DNA of 64,000 bases from Felis catus (GCF_018350175.1 NC_058368.1:16122001-16186000), one strand, 5' to 3'; shown: positions 49,870 through 63,299, counted from the first letter of the stretch. The notes: a model not told the origin generated them from the letters alone. Numbers and translations: made by a program.

Positions 49870-50700
49870 CATTCCAATAGTCTAATTAGAAATGGTTGAG
49901 GCTTGAGCAAAATACTAGCAGTGAAGTAGAGAAGTTGACAGATTTAGCATTTGTTTCTGACTGATGGGTAATGCTTAGCAGTAAAATGTATGAGGCGAGA
50001 AAGGGAGGTATCAAAGAAAAATCCCATTTCTAACTTTAATTCATAGTGCCATTTACTGAGCTAGAGAGGGATAGACTTAGGCCGAGTATGACAGAGGGAA
50101 AGAAAGCAAAAAATTCTGTTTGGACAAGTTAAGCTTGAAATTTTCACATGTAACTGTCGGACAAGCAGCTGGATATGTGATTTTGGACCTGAGATCAAAA
50201 GTGATAGTGGCGTTTATAAAATTTGGAGATGTCTGAATATACATGATGTTCAGAGCTATTGAAATGAATAAGATTGCTCAGATGAAGGTTAGGAAGACAC
50301 CCCAGAGCCAAGCCCTTAGGAACTCCAGCATTTAGCATTTGGTAGAAGAGAAGATGCAGGCAAAGGAGATTATGAAGGCAAGACTAGTGATTAGAAAATA
50401 AATAGCAGGAAATTTAGTGTCCCTGAAGGGAAGAGAGGAGATCTTCAAAAACAAGGTGGGAGGTGGTGCATCATTGATTGTGTTGAATGCCTTGAGAAGT
50501 CAAGTAAGATGAGGAATAAGGAATGCTCATTGGGCAAGCCACTGTAACCCTGACAAGAACGTTTTTGAAGTAATGAGCATAGCGGCCAGACAGGAGTGGG
50601 TGAAAAGTAAATGCATGACCAGGAAGTAGAGACAATAGGAGGAGAGAAACATGAAGGGGGCAGATAGAGGGCAAGTTCTTGGAGGAGTCTGTGGGGAAAG
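49870..50700 (-). mobile_element. L2
   Basis: 'agtgccatttactgag', 'gcccttaggaactccagcatttag', 'gagaagtcaagtaagatgagg'. Confidence 0.8.
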
Positions 50701-51299
50701 AAAAGTTTTATTACGGCTGCTCTATAGTTTCAATAGGAAATAAAAAATATATTAGTTTTTTTTAAAGTATATTAGTATAATGATGGAAATGATCCAATCA
50801 AGATTGATATTTTGATATCTAGTAATTTAAGTATTCCTTCCATTCTTTTTCAAAAATGACTTCAGCCACATATCTTTTTCATCTTCTTTTACGTTCATTT
50901 GTGGGCTTTCTTTTAACCTTTGTTAATTCATTTTTTTGGCAAACCATGGCTAAGTCCAGAACTTCCCTTGGGTTTTTAATAATTGAACTCTTTCTGACCT
51001 GTTTAAAATTTTTGGCCATGAACTTGAATTGCCTTTTTTTTTTCATGTCAGTAGGCTTATCTGAGATACAGAGCTATGTGAAATTTTTTGTATTCTTAAT
51101 ATTCCATAAATTATAGTAAAACATTCATTTGCCATTACTTTCTTTAATAATTTGAAAGCAAAATGGAAAACATGAAACAAAAACTCTTTCAATACTTAAA
51201 AACATTTTAATATAAAAGCAAACGTTGGTCAGGTTTTTATTAAAAATATATTTTTATATATCTATGTACGTACCTATGTGTGTTTATCTTTAATTCCAG

Positions 51300-51314
51300 G
51301 AGTGAAATAGAGAG
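51300..51314 (+). other. Candidate 15-nt microexon (host gene unidentified)
   Basis: tgtttatctttaattccag|GAGTGAAATAGAGAG|gtgagt; only one frame is stop-free (x-S-E-I-E-R/S). Confidence 0.35.
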
Positions 51315-52969
51315 GTGAGTAATGCAGTTGAAAAAAGATATTATCCTACATGGAGAGCCAGCCTAACTCAATTAGCAATTGCAGACAAATAAAATTAAAT
51401 GATACTTTGAAATTCTAATTCCAGAAAAAGAGAATGATCAAAATTATCTTAATGAATGATTATAATTTTCACTTTCAAAATTATATTTCCAATTGGTCCT
51501 AAGAAATACTTTTGAATATTTTTTTCTACATGACTATTTGCCAGACCTAATAGTATATTTATTGCACTTTACTTTCAAAACTTCACTTGTTTCCAAAGTA
51601 AGAACTCAGATGGTAACCATATTTTGTGAATTAAACTCAATAGAGTTTATTTTCTTAAACAGTTGGTAGGAAAATAAAGGAACTGAACTTGGCCTTGCTT
51701 TAATATTTATTTTAATATGGAAAATCTCAGGAATGTACATTAAAGAAACTGTAAATATTTCATATATAAAAATCAATTACTTTTACTGCATATATATATG
51801 GTATTTATAATATTATAAATTTTCTGTTATGTTAGAGATGCTGAGTATCATAATGTTTCTTTGCCCAATTTGCTAATTCTAGGAATGTATGTATTTTAAA
51901 CACTTAATGAGAAGAGTGCCATCTCTACTTTTGATTACAGATTTAACCTTCACAAGAGAGTTAGTCTCAAGAATCAATAATCCGAATAACCTATCAAACA
52001 CTAACATGTGAGAAAATGTATATAGGAAAGTAAATGCCTTTCACAGAATTCCCAAGGAAACATAGAGCCTTTATATAAATGTCCAAATGGGCATCAGAGA
52101 GATTACTTTTCCCTCTCTCTAATGCTGCCCATGACTCCCTTCCCATGGAATTTGAAGAACACAGACCTGAAGTCGGGGATCTGTTCCCAGCTCTTCTGAC
52201 GACTTGCTTTTGCACCTTCCAGATACTTGCCTTGTCTGTGCTTTAGATCCCCATATATTAGTGAGGAGAGGGATAAATGCAAATAACTTAAATCTAGGTG
52301 AAAAATACATTTATTGGAAGACTAAATGGTCACTTCATAGAACCCAAAGTAAAATGCGGTAAGAACTGAGGAACTAAAACCAGGAAATTAAACGGTTGGG
52401 AACTAAGGTATTTACTTTCCGCTTTTCTCTCCCTGTAGCCAAATATCTGATCCTTGCTTCTTTTCTGTTTGATCTTTCTTCTCTCTCCCTCCATCTTGGC
52501 TCCACTAGTCAGTTTAGAAGCACATGGCCCAAACATGGTCATGCTTACTCAGATATCCTTATAAACCCCATACCCACAATGAAATGAACAAGTCTCTCCA
52601 ACACCAACTCAAATTCCTGGGAGAGAAAATGGCCTAACTTAGGTCGTGTTTCTCCCTTTGGTCCCACCAATTGTAAGCAACAAACAGGAGGAAATAGAGT
52701 TACGCGGAACAGAGTATATTCAGCAGGGACTGAGGGAAGGCTCTCTGAGCCAGTTTTTGCTAAAAAAGTAATACGGGTTGCAAAGACATTGATTGGTGAA
52801 GGAAAAGTTTTGCACCTTTAGGATTCTTCTCCAGAACATTTAAAGATCTGTAAGTATAAATGGAGATTACGTGCAACAGCGATTTCAAGATATATTTAAG
52901 TGTTTTAAATGCTGTATGTAGGTATCAATAATTTATTCTCTGGCTTGTTTGAGCTCCTCCCTGTACTTA

Positions 52970-53660
52970 ATTTTTATTTTATTTTTACTTTTATTCAAGT
53001 AAAATTAACATACGGTGTTTTACTAATTTCAGGTGCACAATATAGTGATTCAACAGTTCTATACATTACTCAGCGCTCATCACGATGAGTGTACTTTTAA
53101 TCCCCTGCACCTATTTCACTCATCCTTCCACCTACCTCCTCTCTGGTAACCATCAGCCTTTCCTCAATAGTTAAGTGTCTATGTCTTCATTTGTCTCTTT
53201 TTTATTTTTTTGTTTGTTTTGATTTTAAAGTTCCACATATGAGTGAAATCATATGATATCTATCTCTGACTGATTTCACTTAACATTATACCCTCTAGAG
53301 CCAACCATGTTGCTGTGAATGACAAGATTTCATTCTTTTTATGACTGAGTAATCTTCCATTGAGTATATAAACCACCTCTTCTTTATCCATTAATCTACC
53401 AATGAACACTTGGGTGGCTTCCATAATTTCACTGTTATAAATAATGCTGCAAAAAACACAGGGGTGCATATATTTTTTTGAATCAGTGTTTCCATACTCT
53501 TTGGGTAAATACCCAGTAGTAAGTACAATACTAGATCACATGATTCCACAACTTTTTGAGGAAACCCCATGCTGTTTTCCACAGTGGGGTCACCAGTTTG
53601 CATTTTACCAACAGTGCACAACTTATTGTTTCTTATGTTTCTGATTTTACCCATTCTGAT
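52970..53660 (-). mobile_element. Carnivore L1 3' end (L1_Carn-like)
   Basis: 'tttcaggtgcacaatatagtgattcaaca', 'ttccacatatgagtgaaatcatatg', 'ttgggtaaatacccagtagt'. Confidence 0.92.
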
Positions 53661-53736
53661 TTAAAAATTATCTGAGGGTTATAAAGCTATTTAAAATAAT
53701 CAAAGATGAAAATGTTGTTGGAAAGCTTTATATTTG

Positions 53737-53786
53737 TTTTTGTTTTGTTTTGTTTTCAATGCTGAAACAGATTTTTAATGGTATTA
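53737..53786 (-). pseudogene. Putative ultra-short processed retrocopy (mRNA 3' end plus decayed poly(A))
   Basis: 18-bp direct repeats tggaaagctttatatttg (53719-53736, 53787-53804) flank, on the minus strand, taatacc-ATTAAA-aatctgtttcagcattg-(AAAAC)n. Confidence 0.6.
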
Positions 53787-54699
53787 TGGAAAGCTTTATA
53801 TTTGAACTCAGATTTAACAGAACTTCATTCTAGTAGCTGGCATGTTGCACAGCTCTCATTATCCAAAAATGGGAAGCTTAGAAATTTGTTAAGTATATTT
53901 ATATTTTTAATCTGGCCTTGAGATTAGAGGGAAATTTTTATGTGGATGTTTTCACACAGGACAAAATGAGTGATGTATCTGAAAATATTTTTACAATAGT
54001 TAGAGATGGTTTATGTGAAAACTGAAGGTATAATATGAGCTCAAGCACAGCATGTTCTGTATTTGTGGTTTTATGGATATCTGGCATAATGTAGGAATAA
54101 AGTTCGGAGACTTTGAGGGTACAGTGCTGTTATAACGATCAGATATTTAGGTCATGTATTTACCACAAGTGGAGTGAGTGATTTGAGATGGAAGTTTCTG
54201 GTAAGAAGCTACTGCAGGTAAACTAGAGATTCATGTTGGTTGTGTAGATGGCAGAGATGATACTCTGATGTGGAAATTTTAGACCGGTTTTCTTATCTTT
54301 ATAGAGAGCTATTCCATCTCTTCAGGAAGGTGGGCCAGAAGAATTCCTGCAACCACATAGTATTTCCCCCAGTTGCAGTTTCGAGCCTTATAAGTGGTTA
54401 AAAAAAAAGAGGCACAATGTTTACATCTAAGTAATATCGAAATGCCTATATCTACCATAGCAGAAAGTTAATATGGCTCTTGCAACACATTTATTTCCTG
54501 CTCTGTGTAGAACTGCAGAATTGCAAAGGCGTCCTCTAAATTATTACTGTGTTAACATTTGAACAACAGATGGTTTTCTATATAGCTACCATAGTGAATC
54601 TGCTAAAAACCACCACCACCACCACGATAATTATGGCATAATTTGATACTAGATGTTTTTCCAGACAAGAGTTAACATAAACATCTCACATTAATTAAT

Positions 54700-54890
54700 C
54701 ACTTTCTAAGTCCTTTACCTAAGTGAAAAACTTTATACAGACTATATAATTAGATTCTTACAGCAACTGGAGATTATTTTGTTACTCCATTTTACAGAGG
54801 AGGTGGATAAAAACTTGCCTAATGTCTTACAAATTGTAATTACAGGCCAGATACTTTAACTCTGGAGCCTAAATTCTTAGTCACTTAACT
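54700..54890 (-). mobile_element. MIR
   Basis: 'actccattttacagaggagg...aacttgcctaatgtc...actctggagcc'. Confidence 0.7.
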
Positions 54891-55819
54891 GTTTTACTTC
54901 CTGTGTCACCTACCTCTTGGATGGTTCTGGGACATGAAATTTCAAATACTGGTAACATTTTTATTTTCCTATTTGCTATAGCTGAAGAATGTATGAAAAA
55001 CTGGTCTATTTAATGCTAAATAGATTAGGTACATATTAAAATGTGGTGTGTGTATGTGGAGGTGGTGGGGATGTGTTGTGGAATGTTTGCGGCAGGACAT
55101 AGAGGAGGAAGAAGCAGAAACTACAACTTATCCTTGTATTACTTTCTCTTAAAATAGAAATTAACTCTAAAAATTAATCTTAAAATATATGAATACCTAT
55201 GAAATTGAGGGTGCCTATCAGTGAAAATCTGTTGCTTTGTTGGAATTTATTTATTTATGTATTTATTTATGTATGTATTTATTTATTTTATTTTTTGTAT
55301 TATCAACTGGCTGTGAAGAGAAGTATTTGTATTACTGCACAGGGAAGCAAAGAGTATAATAATTATGAGGGTGGACCCCTGAAATCAGATTTCCTAGGGT
55401 CAAATCTTGGTTCTGCCAATATCTTAGCCCCTCTAAACCTTGGTTTCATCTTTTCTTCCCAGATCAAAGATGATGAAGAGTAAATGAAGTAACTCACATG
55501 AGGGATTTATCACAGCATCAGTCATGTTTAGCTTTTATCATAGTGAGGAATTTTGATTTAATATCGGGAAGTTATTTCTGGTGACTTTTAAAAAGTCAAC
55601 TTGTTAGGAAGGGTGGTTTTGGAGTCATTTTTGCAGGATTTATTTAAAACCCAAATGCACTCCATAGTCTGAAATGACTGATGTGTGATTTTACCTGGAC
55701 TTGGATGCGTATATCAGATGAGCTTCTGAGGTCGTCTTTAACTCTTGGGTCTGTTTCTCTTTTTCAAGTTACCTCTTTCATCCATTTTTGTTGTTTTCTC
55801 TTCAAAATATGATTGTGTA

Positions 55820-56022
55820 GGGGCACCTGGGTGGCTCAGTTGGATAATCGTCTGACTCTTGATTTTTGCTCTGGACATGATCTCACTCACAGGTGGGATT
55901 CAGCCGCATGCTGGGCTCTTTGCTAATAGAAGATCCTTTCTCTCCTCTCTTGAGATTCTTTCTCTCCTCTCTCTCTGCCCCTCCCCTACTTGCACTCTCT
56001 CTCAAAATAAATAAACATTAAA
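55820..56022 (+). mobile_element. CanSINE with an internal ~20-bp duplication
   Basis: TSD aaaatRtgattgtgta; agatYctttctctcctctct occurs twice. Confidence 0.93.
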
Positions 56023-57289
56023 AAAATGTGATTGTGTAATTCATTCCACTTCTATTAGCTAAAAAGAATATTTATTAATGCACATTCTCATAGACTTCTT
56101 TTGACCAGTTTCAGTTTGAGCTACACAAAATAGTCAAGCAAAAAAAGAAACACGGTCCTTTTTAAACAAAATAATATATTCAAATAATTTTAAATAAATT
56201 TAAATAAAATTTAAATTATAAATAATAGGAAATTGTAAAAAAAAAAAAGCTAGGTAAAAAATGACTGGCCATTGCATTTCATTATTCTCTTGTAACTTTA
56301 TTCACTCACTAACTCATGCATTCATTTACTCCTAGACACAATGATCACAAATTTACCCAGTGACCACTGCATGCTATCCTCGCTGCCAGGGAGGATGAAG
56401 ATCTACACAGCCCATGATTCTTACCCTGGGGGAGCTTGGACAAACTTTGAACATGAAACCATCATGACAATACAAAGGTAAATAAAAATTTGAAAATAAT
56501 GGAGATGTTTTAAGATAGCATATGATATTTTTCATTTTTCTGTCATATGAATAAACATAAGAATAACCACAACTCATTTAGCTCAGCCAGACTTAGGTCA
56601 ACTCCCCTCTTGCTTCGTAAACACATGGAACTCTTTATGACACAGATTTAATTTGATAAAATAATTCATAAAAGGCCTAATCCTGCTTCTCTCAAACTAA
56701 AGTCATTATACGTAAGCTGTTAGGATGAATTAATTAGGAGCAAAGGCCAGAATACTAGTTAAAATCAAAAGTGGAAACACATATGTAGAGAATATATGAA
56801 CTCTGATTTGAAGCTTATTAAGGTTTTCTCTCTTACAAGTGGTCACACTGGGTAATTTTTGATAAAACTTGTTATCTCCATGAAATATGAGAAAATAAAA
56901 AGTCATAAATGCATAGGAACATAAAATTGTTAATTTTTAAAATTCATTCACTAGGCTAAATGTGTGCTACCATAGGCTAAGTCTGGTGTCAGGTACTACT
57001 AAAAGATAAAAAGGTGATATATTCCTCATCCTCAAGGAAATAATACTAACGTATACATATACACAAAAAAACAATTATGTGTCTTAAATAGAGCAAGGGA
57101 ATGATCAACTTTTGGGGAGGCTGATACAGTATTTCACAGAGAATGTGATATTATGCTGTAGAATGTGACATACGCTCCTTGAAGGAGCGTTTCAGGATTG
57201 TATTGTTTTTGTCCATGTTTGAGCCTCATCAGTCCCTCCTTTAATGAGTTAACATGGTCTACGGTGTTTATGTTGTTCATGGGTGGGAT

Positions 57290-58245
57290 CAATACATTAA
57301 CTTTAGAAATCATTAAATAATAAACATACATGGTAAAAGTTCAAGGGTTACCAATTTAAAAAAAAAAGAGAGAGAAAGAACAAATTGTATATCTTCTAAA
57401 AGGAAAAAAAAGAGGAATAAGAAGAAAACAAAGAAAAAAACTTGGTTAATCCTGGAAAGAAAGGACAAAAAGGGAGAGAAAAAGTGGTAACAGAAAGCAA
57501 GCAAGAAGATGGTAGAACTTATTTAATCAAAATATACGTATATGGATTAAATTCCACAATTAAAAGACAAAAATTAACAGATAAAACAAATTGCAAACTT
57601 TTGTCATATGATATTGTTAAGAAACATATTTAAAACAAAAATAACTGAAAAGGTGGGATGTAAGAAATGCAAAAAATTTTCTTGGAAATAAGTAAATGAA
57701 CTAAATCTGATAAGATACATAGAGATGCACGACCTAATGACAAACATTTTAATTTATCAGAAGCATAGCAATTCTAATCATATGCTCTCAAGAGAACATT
57801 TTCAAAATGTATTAATTAAAAATTATCAGAAATGTCTGGGAAAAGTAAAAAGAGGAGTGTTAATAATGTATTTACAAAACAATAAGGAAATAAACATATA
57901 TCTTTCCTTATGGTTTTCCATGGAAGCAAAAACATTCCTTGACCCAAAGATTTAATACACAATTAAATTTTCATTTATGGGTAAATTCAACAGAAGGACA
58001 TCTTCAGGCATGGGTGATATAAAACAGCTCACTTTATACATATTAAGCGATGAGTAGATTCAACATCTCAAGAATTGGAGGTTTGCAAAGTTAAAGGACT
58101 TAGATGTGAACATTGAAACCAGTTGAATACAGAGGTATGCTTAACTAGTAGTTAAAGAATATTCAAAGCTCTCAATACAAATGGTAAATCTTTGATGGAT
58201 GAGTAACATCTAAAACACAAAAAATTTTAGTTGAAAATTCCAGAT
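57290..58245 (+). mobile_element. Very old L1 ORF1/ORF2 remnant
   Basis: A-rich; 'tatggattaaattccacaattaaaagacaaaaatt' resembles the start of the L1 endonuclease. Confidence 0.65.
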
Positions 58246-58279
58246 TGTATTAGTAAGTATTGTACAGTAAGAATAGTCC

Positions 58280-58328
58280 TGATTATTAGTTAGGGTTCAG
58301 TCAAAGAAGCAAAGCCAGCAAGAAACAG

Positions 58329-58373
<45 letters not shown>

Positions 58374-59470
58374 ATTAAGTGTTTTAACCTCATGCAATTT
58401 TTGGAGGTGCTTAAACAGTCTCTGCAACACTTGTCTTCTTGTCTGATGCTGGAGTTTGATGTTATTAGCGCAGGCATTTGGGAAACAAAGATTGATGTAA
58501 AGAGAAAGAGCCAGAACAGGCTGGAACAGAAGTGCCAAGGAAATTAAACGGGGAAAAGGTCAGAATTATCAAGTGTTCTGGGACAATTGGACATCTATTT
58601 GAAGAAAAAAAAAAGAACTTAGACTCATGCCTCATAAATAATAAATAACCATAAATAAAAAATAACTCATGATGGATTATAGGGCTATATATAAGAGCTA
58701 AAACTTCTAGGATGATCACATAGGAGAAAATCTTTATGGCCCTAGATTAAGTACAAAGTTAGAAATGACCAAAAGCAGACAAAAAAATTATAAATTATAT
58801 ATCATAAAAATTAAAAATTTTCGTGCTTCCAGAAACACTCCAGATATAGACTGAAGAAAATATTTTCAAATTATGTATGTGATAAAGGACTTGCATCTGA
58901 AATATATAAATAACTCTTACCACTTGATCATAGTAAGACAAATAACCTAACTTAAAAAATGAGCAAAAGACTTGAACAGACCCTTCATCATTGTATTTCA
59001 AATGCCCATCAACTCACGAATGTATAAACAAAATGTAATATATCCATATAATTATAAAAAACACAAAATACTGGTGTATTCTACAACATACATGAACTTC
59101 AAAACCACTGTGCTGGATGAAAGATGTCAGATCCAAATGACTATATAATGTGTGATGCCATTTATATGACATATTCAGAAAATGCCCATTTAGAAATATT
59201 GTAAAACTGGACTATGCCGATAGATGCACAATCCTGTAAATTTACTGAAAATGAATCGTAACTTGTAATTGGTGAATTTTGTCGAATACAACTTATACTT
59301 CAGTAGAGCTGGGTTTTTTTTTAAAAAAGAACAGCCTGGAGTGCACAAACATGAACTAGGGCCACAAGGATGGACTTAAATGTGTTAGTTTTTGTGCCTC
59401 TGAACTTGATGGTGTGGGTGTCCTACAGAAATCAGGGTCTGTCATCACAGATCTAAACACACACACCTTG
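58280..59470 (-). mobile_element. MLT2-like ERVL LTR split by an L1 insertion
   Basis: 'tattagttagggttcagtcaaagaagcaaagcca' plus internal (TCTA)n; resumes after 59330; degenerate TSD agaacagSctgga. Confidence 0.55.
58530..59330 (+). mobile_element. L1ME/MB-like 3' end
   Basis: 'aataactcatgatggattatagg', 'aaaaatgagcaaaagacttgaacagac', 'aacttatacttcagtagagctg'. Confidence 0.85.
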
Positions 59471-59789
59471 CTACATTTGTTCTTTGTTTTGAGCAGCACT
59501 ACAATGAAATATATTTAGGAGAATCTTTAAACACTACAGCCAGAAGATTTCCAAGAAACTTAAGAGTTAAAAACCAAATAAAATATAGTCCATTAGCAAA
59601 ACAGAACACAAAGAAAATATCAAGGAAAACAGAAAATGTCTTAAACAGGGAAAAATTCTTATGATATAATTTTAAATATAAAGATATATTAATATCTTAT
59701 AAAATATATCAGAATATGGTTTTTGTTGAAATTTCTATGACAGGATTATGAGTTTTATTTCTTCTTTACACTTTCATTTCATACATTTA

Positions 59790-59935
59790 AAAATTTTTTT
59801 AAAAGTGAGGTATAATTGACATATAACATTATATTAGTTTCAGTATAATGATTTGATATTTGTATATGTTGTAAAATGATCACTGCAATAAGTCTGATAT
59901 ATATCACCACACATGGTAACAAGTTTTTTCTTTAT
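59790..59935 (-). mobile_element. L1 3' end stub
   Basis: 'gaggtataattgacatataacattatattagtttcag'. Confidence 0.8.
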
Positions 59936-61559
59936 ACATCTTTATAATAAGCAAATAATATCAGGAAGATGATATTTTATGATTTTATAAAATACCTGGT
60001 CTTTAACTCCAACCAAATAATTAGATTAAGAGTGTTGATTAAATAAGAAAATTATATTTTGCTTAAATGTTAATACTTTCCTTACAATACAAAAACAATA
60101 AGTGACAAATACAATTAATATAGAGATGTACAATTGAATACTTGCATTTTTAGTTAGTTGTGGCATAACCACTCTAGCCCTTCCCAAGAAGTGAAATACA
60201 TTTGACAGATCATAACAGCATTGTTTGTGGGCACACGATCAATGGAGAATGCAAGTCAAACAAAACTTTCTAAGTAGTCCTGCTTTTTTTCCCTTTTTAC
60301 AAAAATACATTTTGTAATAGTTTATTTCTATTTCAATGGAACATAAGAATCACATCTTCAAAAAAAGAGAAGAAATATGTTAAATGGTTGGGAAAGCAAT
60401 TATGTTACACGAAGAGAATTGAATTCTCAACAGATTTTTGAGCGTCTTTTAGGTTGGCCTTTTATAATCAGTTTTTGAGGATATTTTCAGGAAGATGGAT
60501 GAGAGGCCTTGCTTTGGTGCTACAGGGCTAATGCAACTCTCTACGCTCTGGGGTGAGGGGCTGGGTGAATCCAGGAGTCAAGCAGGAAGATATTGGTTGC
60601 TCACAGGCTGATTGATCTTTTCTTACCCATCTCTGCCCCTTAAGGAACAGAAGGGAGTAGCATGTCTTAACTATTCTCAGAATCTCTTTGCAGAATGCCC
60701 AGATACTACAATTTCTCAGGCCTCTAGACAGATGCTGTGTCACATTGCTGAGGAGCATGGTGTTGAACTTCCTGCTACCTAAGGCATAATCAGGATGTCA
60801 GCAGCTTTAATTTTCTGTTTTCCTTCTGAACATTTGGCATAAACATGAGAATAAACCACAATGTCACTTTGTACAGCAACAATGACCTCACTCTCAACTT
60901 GTGTGTATAATCATGCAAATGTAACTCTTACAATACACGTACTTTAAAAACCCAAATGAGTCTCATGTGATCTGGTCCTGCTTCCCATGAAGCAAGTCAT
61001 TGAAGATGTGTGCTTAGGGACACATGGGAGAATGTGTTTTTCCAAGTCCTTAAGAGTTGAGTCAAAGTATTCTTAATTAGATGAACAAAATAAAAACATT
61101 AGATATAGCATTGAGTGGTAAGTCTATTGAGCATATGATAATCTTCTTTTGATAAATGTCCCCCTTTGGGCCTCAACAGTGTCTCCGAGCAGTTTTGTCC
61201 CTCGTGTGGCATCTCATACAGAGCTATGTTTTAGGCTCCTACCAGTGCCTTGTGCATATTCCACCTAAGTAACAAGTACTTACTTAACTCACAGATGTGG
61301 CCCTCACGCCTTTCAAAACTTCACACTTTATTTTAGACACATCTAATACAGCATATTTGTTTATAGCTTTTCTTTGACTTCACTTTGCAGTTTGGAGAGT
61401 GAATTTTAGCATCACCTCTGTGGAAAGATTAGATTAGCGTTTATATCCCTCTCACAGTGACGTTCCATATTTCTATGGCTTGATACTTAACTCATCAGTC
61501 CCTGAAAATAATTTCAATTGTTTCTTCCTTTTTTCTTTAGCTTTGCTTGATTTGTCAGT

Positions 61560-61950
61560 AAATAATTAAGAAATCAGCGTTGTGCTAATTCAATTATATA
61601 TCATAGACAGCCAATATAATAGCGGTTTAAGGAGAAGTTAGGATTCAGAGTTCAGTACAGGCAAGATGTCTCAGTAGCTAACTGGGACTCAGGCTACTTT
61701 GAGATCTCCACGATGTCATTCCTAGGGAAAGATCTTCACCCTCCTGGTCTAAATTGTACCTCCAGCTACCACATCCATGCTTTAAGTAGGATGGGGGAAA
61801 GGGAGAAGAAGTGGCCTGGACTTGCCTTTATAGTATGTCTCAGAATGTAGTTACATCATTTCTTCTAACATTTCATTGATCAGAACTTCCCACAGGGTCA
61901 TGGCTAGCTGCAAAGAAGGCTGGAAAAGTCTTTCCCCTGGTACTTATGCC
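61560..61950 (-). mobile_element. Old MLT1-like LTR
   Basis: 'catttcattgatcagaact...gggtcatggctagctgcaaagaaggctggaaaa'. Confidence 0.6.
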
Positions 61951-62042
61951 TGTACTCTCATCCCTTCCCCCTGCTCACAGAGGATTTCTATTATTGTTGA
62001 AAGTTAGAATGCTTATTAAAATATATATAGCACACTCAGATA

Positions 62043-62044
<2 letters not shown>

Positions 62045-62082
<38 letters not shown>
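62045..62082. repeat. (CA)n microsatellite
   Basis: Direct reading. Confidence 0.99.
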
Positions 62083-62083
<1 letters not shown>

Positions 62084-62351
62084 AGTTTTCCAGAATATGT
62101 CACCATTTTACACTCTTTAGCAGAGTAGGAAGGTATATTTTCCAGATGTCAACTAAAATTTAATTCAATAGAAATGAATTACATGCCTATTTTGAACTGC
62201 AGCTTACCTAATGTTGTACATCAACCTTTGCCATAGATTGCTATGAGGTTGTCAGTTACACTGTGTGGTATGAGAAGGTAAATCTCTGTGATTCTCCATT
62301 TCCTCACCTGAAAATAACATATAACTTACTGAGGTAGTATCATATTTAAAT

Positions 62352-62357
<6 letters not shown>

Positions 62358-62405
<48 letters not shown>
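62358..62405. repeat. (TA)n microsatellite within a MIR
   Basis: Direct reading; MIR-like flanks. Confidence 0.95.
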
Positions 62406-62407
<2 letters not shown>

Positions 62408-62483
62408 CTTAAAACAGTGTTGGGCACATAACAAATACTCAATGAAGTTAGTTTCAATTAAAAAATTCTCAAGTACTCTGAAA

Positions 62484-62533
62484 AAAATAAAATAAAATAA
62501 AATAAAATAAAATAAAATAAAATAAAATAAAAA
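62484..62533. repeat. (AAAAT)n pentanucleotide repeat
   Basis: Direct reading. Confidence 0.98.
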
Positions 62534-62734
62534 TGAGTCCCAGTCCCCTCACTAAATGACATTATGGACATTAAGTCAGCTTAGCGTAGAGAAGAAAGAG
62601 TGAAAGTAAGAAGCAGAGAAGAAACTTGTAATTCTGACCTAATTGCATGAACTTGAGCAAGTTACTTCTGTTGTATCTGATTTTTTCATTTGACAGATGG
62701 CATCAATTATAATATATGTCAGAGCTTCTTGACA

Positions 62735-62940
62735 GGGCATCTGGGTGGCTCAGTTGGTTGAGAGTCTGACTGTTAATTTTGGCTTAGATCATGATCCCAG
62801 GGTTGTGGGATCCTGAGCGTCGAGCCTGCTTGGGATTTTCTCTCTCTCCCTGCCTCTGCTCCTCTCCCCTGCTCATGCTCATTCTCTCTCTCTCTCTCAA
62901 ATAAAAATATTAAAAAGTCCACTGTTATAATAATAATAAC
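62735..62940 (+). mobile_element. Older CanSINE with a bipartite tail
   Basis: gggcatctgggtggctcag head; 19-bp TSD atatgtcagagcttcttga (62714-62732, 62941-62959). Confidence 0.92.
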
Positions 62941-63299
62941 ATATGTCAGAGCTTCTTGAATATTACCTTTGAAAACTGAGGAGCACTACTTTGGGGGGGG
63001 GTAATGATGTAGTATCTGCTATTAGCAAGTATTAATTCACACGAAAATTGTGCTGAAATCTTTATACATACTATTTCACTTAACCTGTTTAGGAATTCCA
63101 TAACATGGGTATTATTCTGGTGATTCCCCAAGGAACTCATTCTGATTCCCCCAGGATGAGAAAAAAGAGACTTAAAGTTCCAAGATCACAGCACAGTTTG
63201 TTGGAGGAACTAAGCGTTCAGACCCAGGTGTATTTGTTTCTAAAGCTAATATTGTAAAATAAAGTTTACGGTCTTTCTAACAATGGAATGGTTGAGTGC

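Noticed and set aside
53260..53654. ORFs with L1 ORF2-like words (NEILSFTATWLALEGIMLSEISQ)
   Set aside because: Frameshifted remnants of a truncated L1, not a functional CDS
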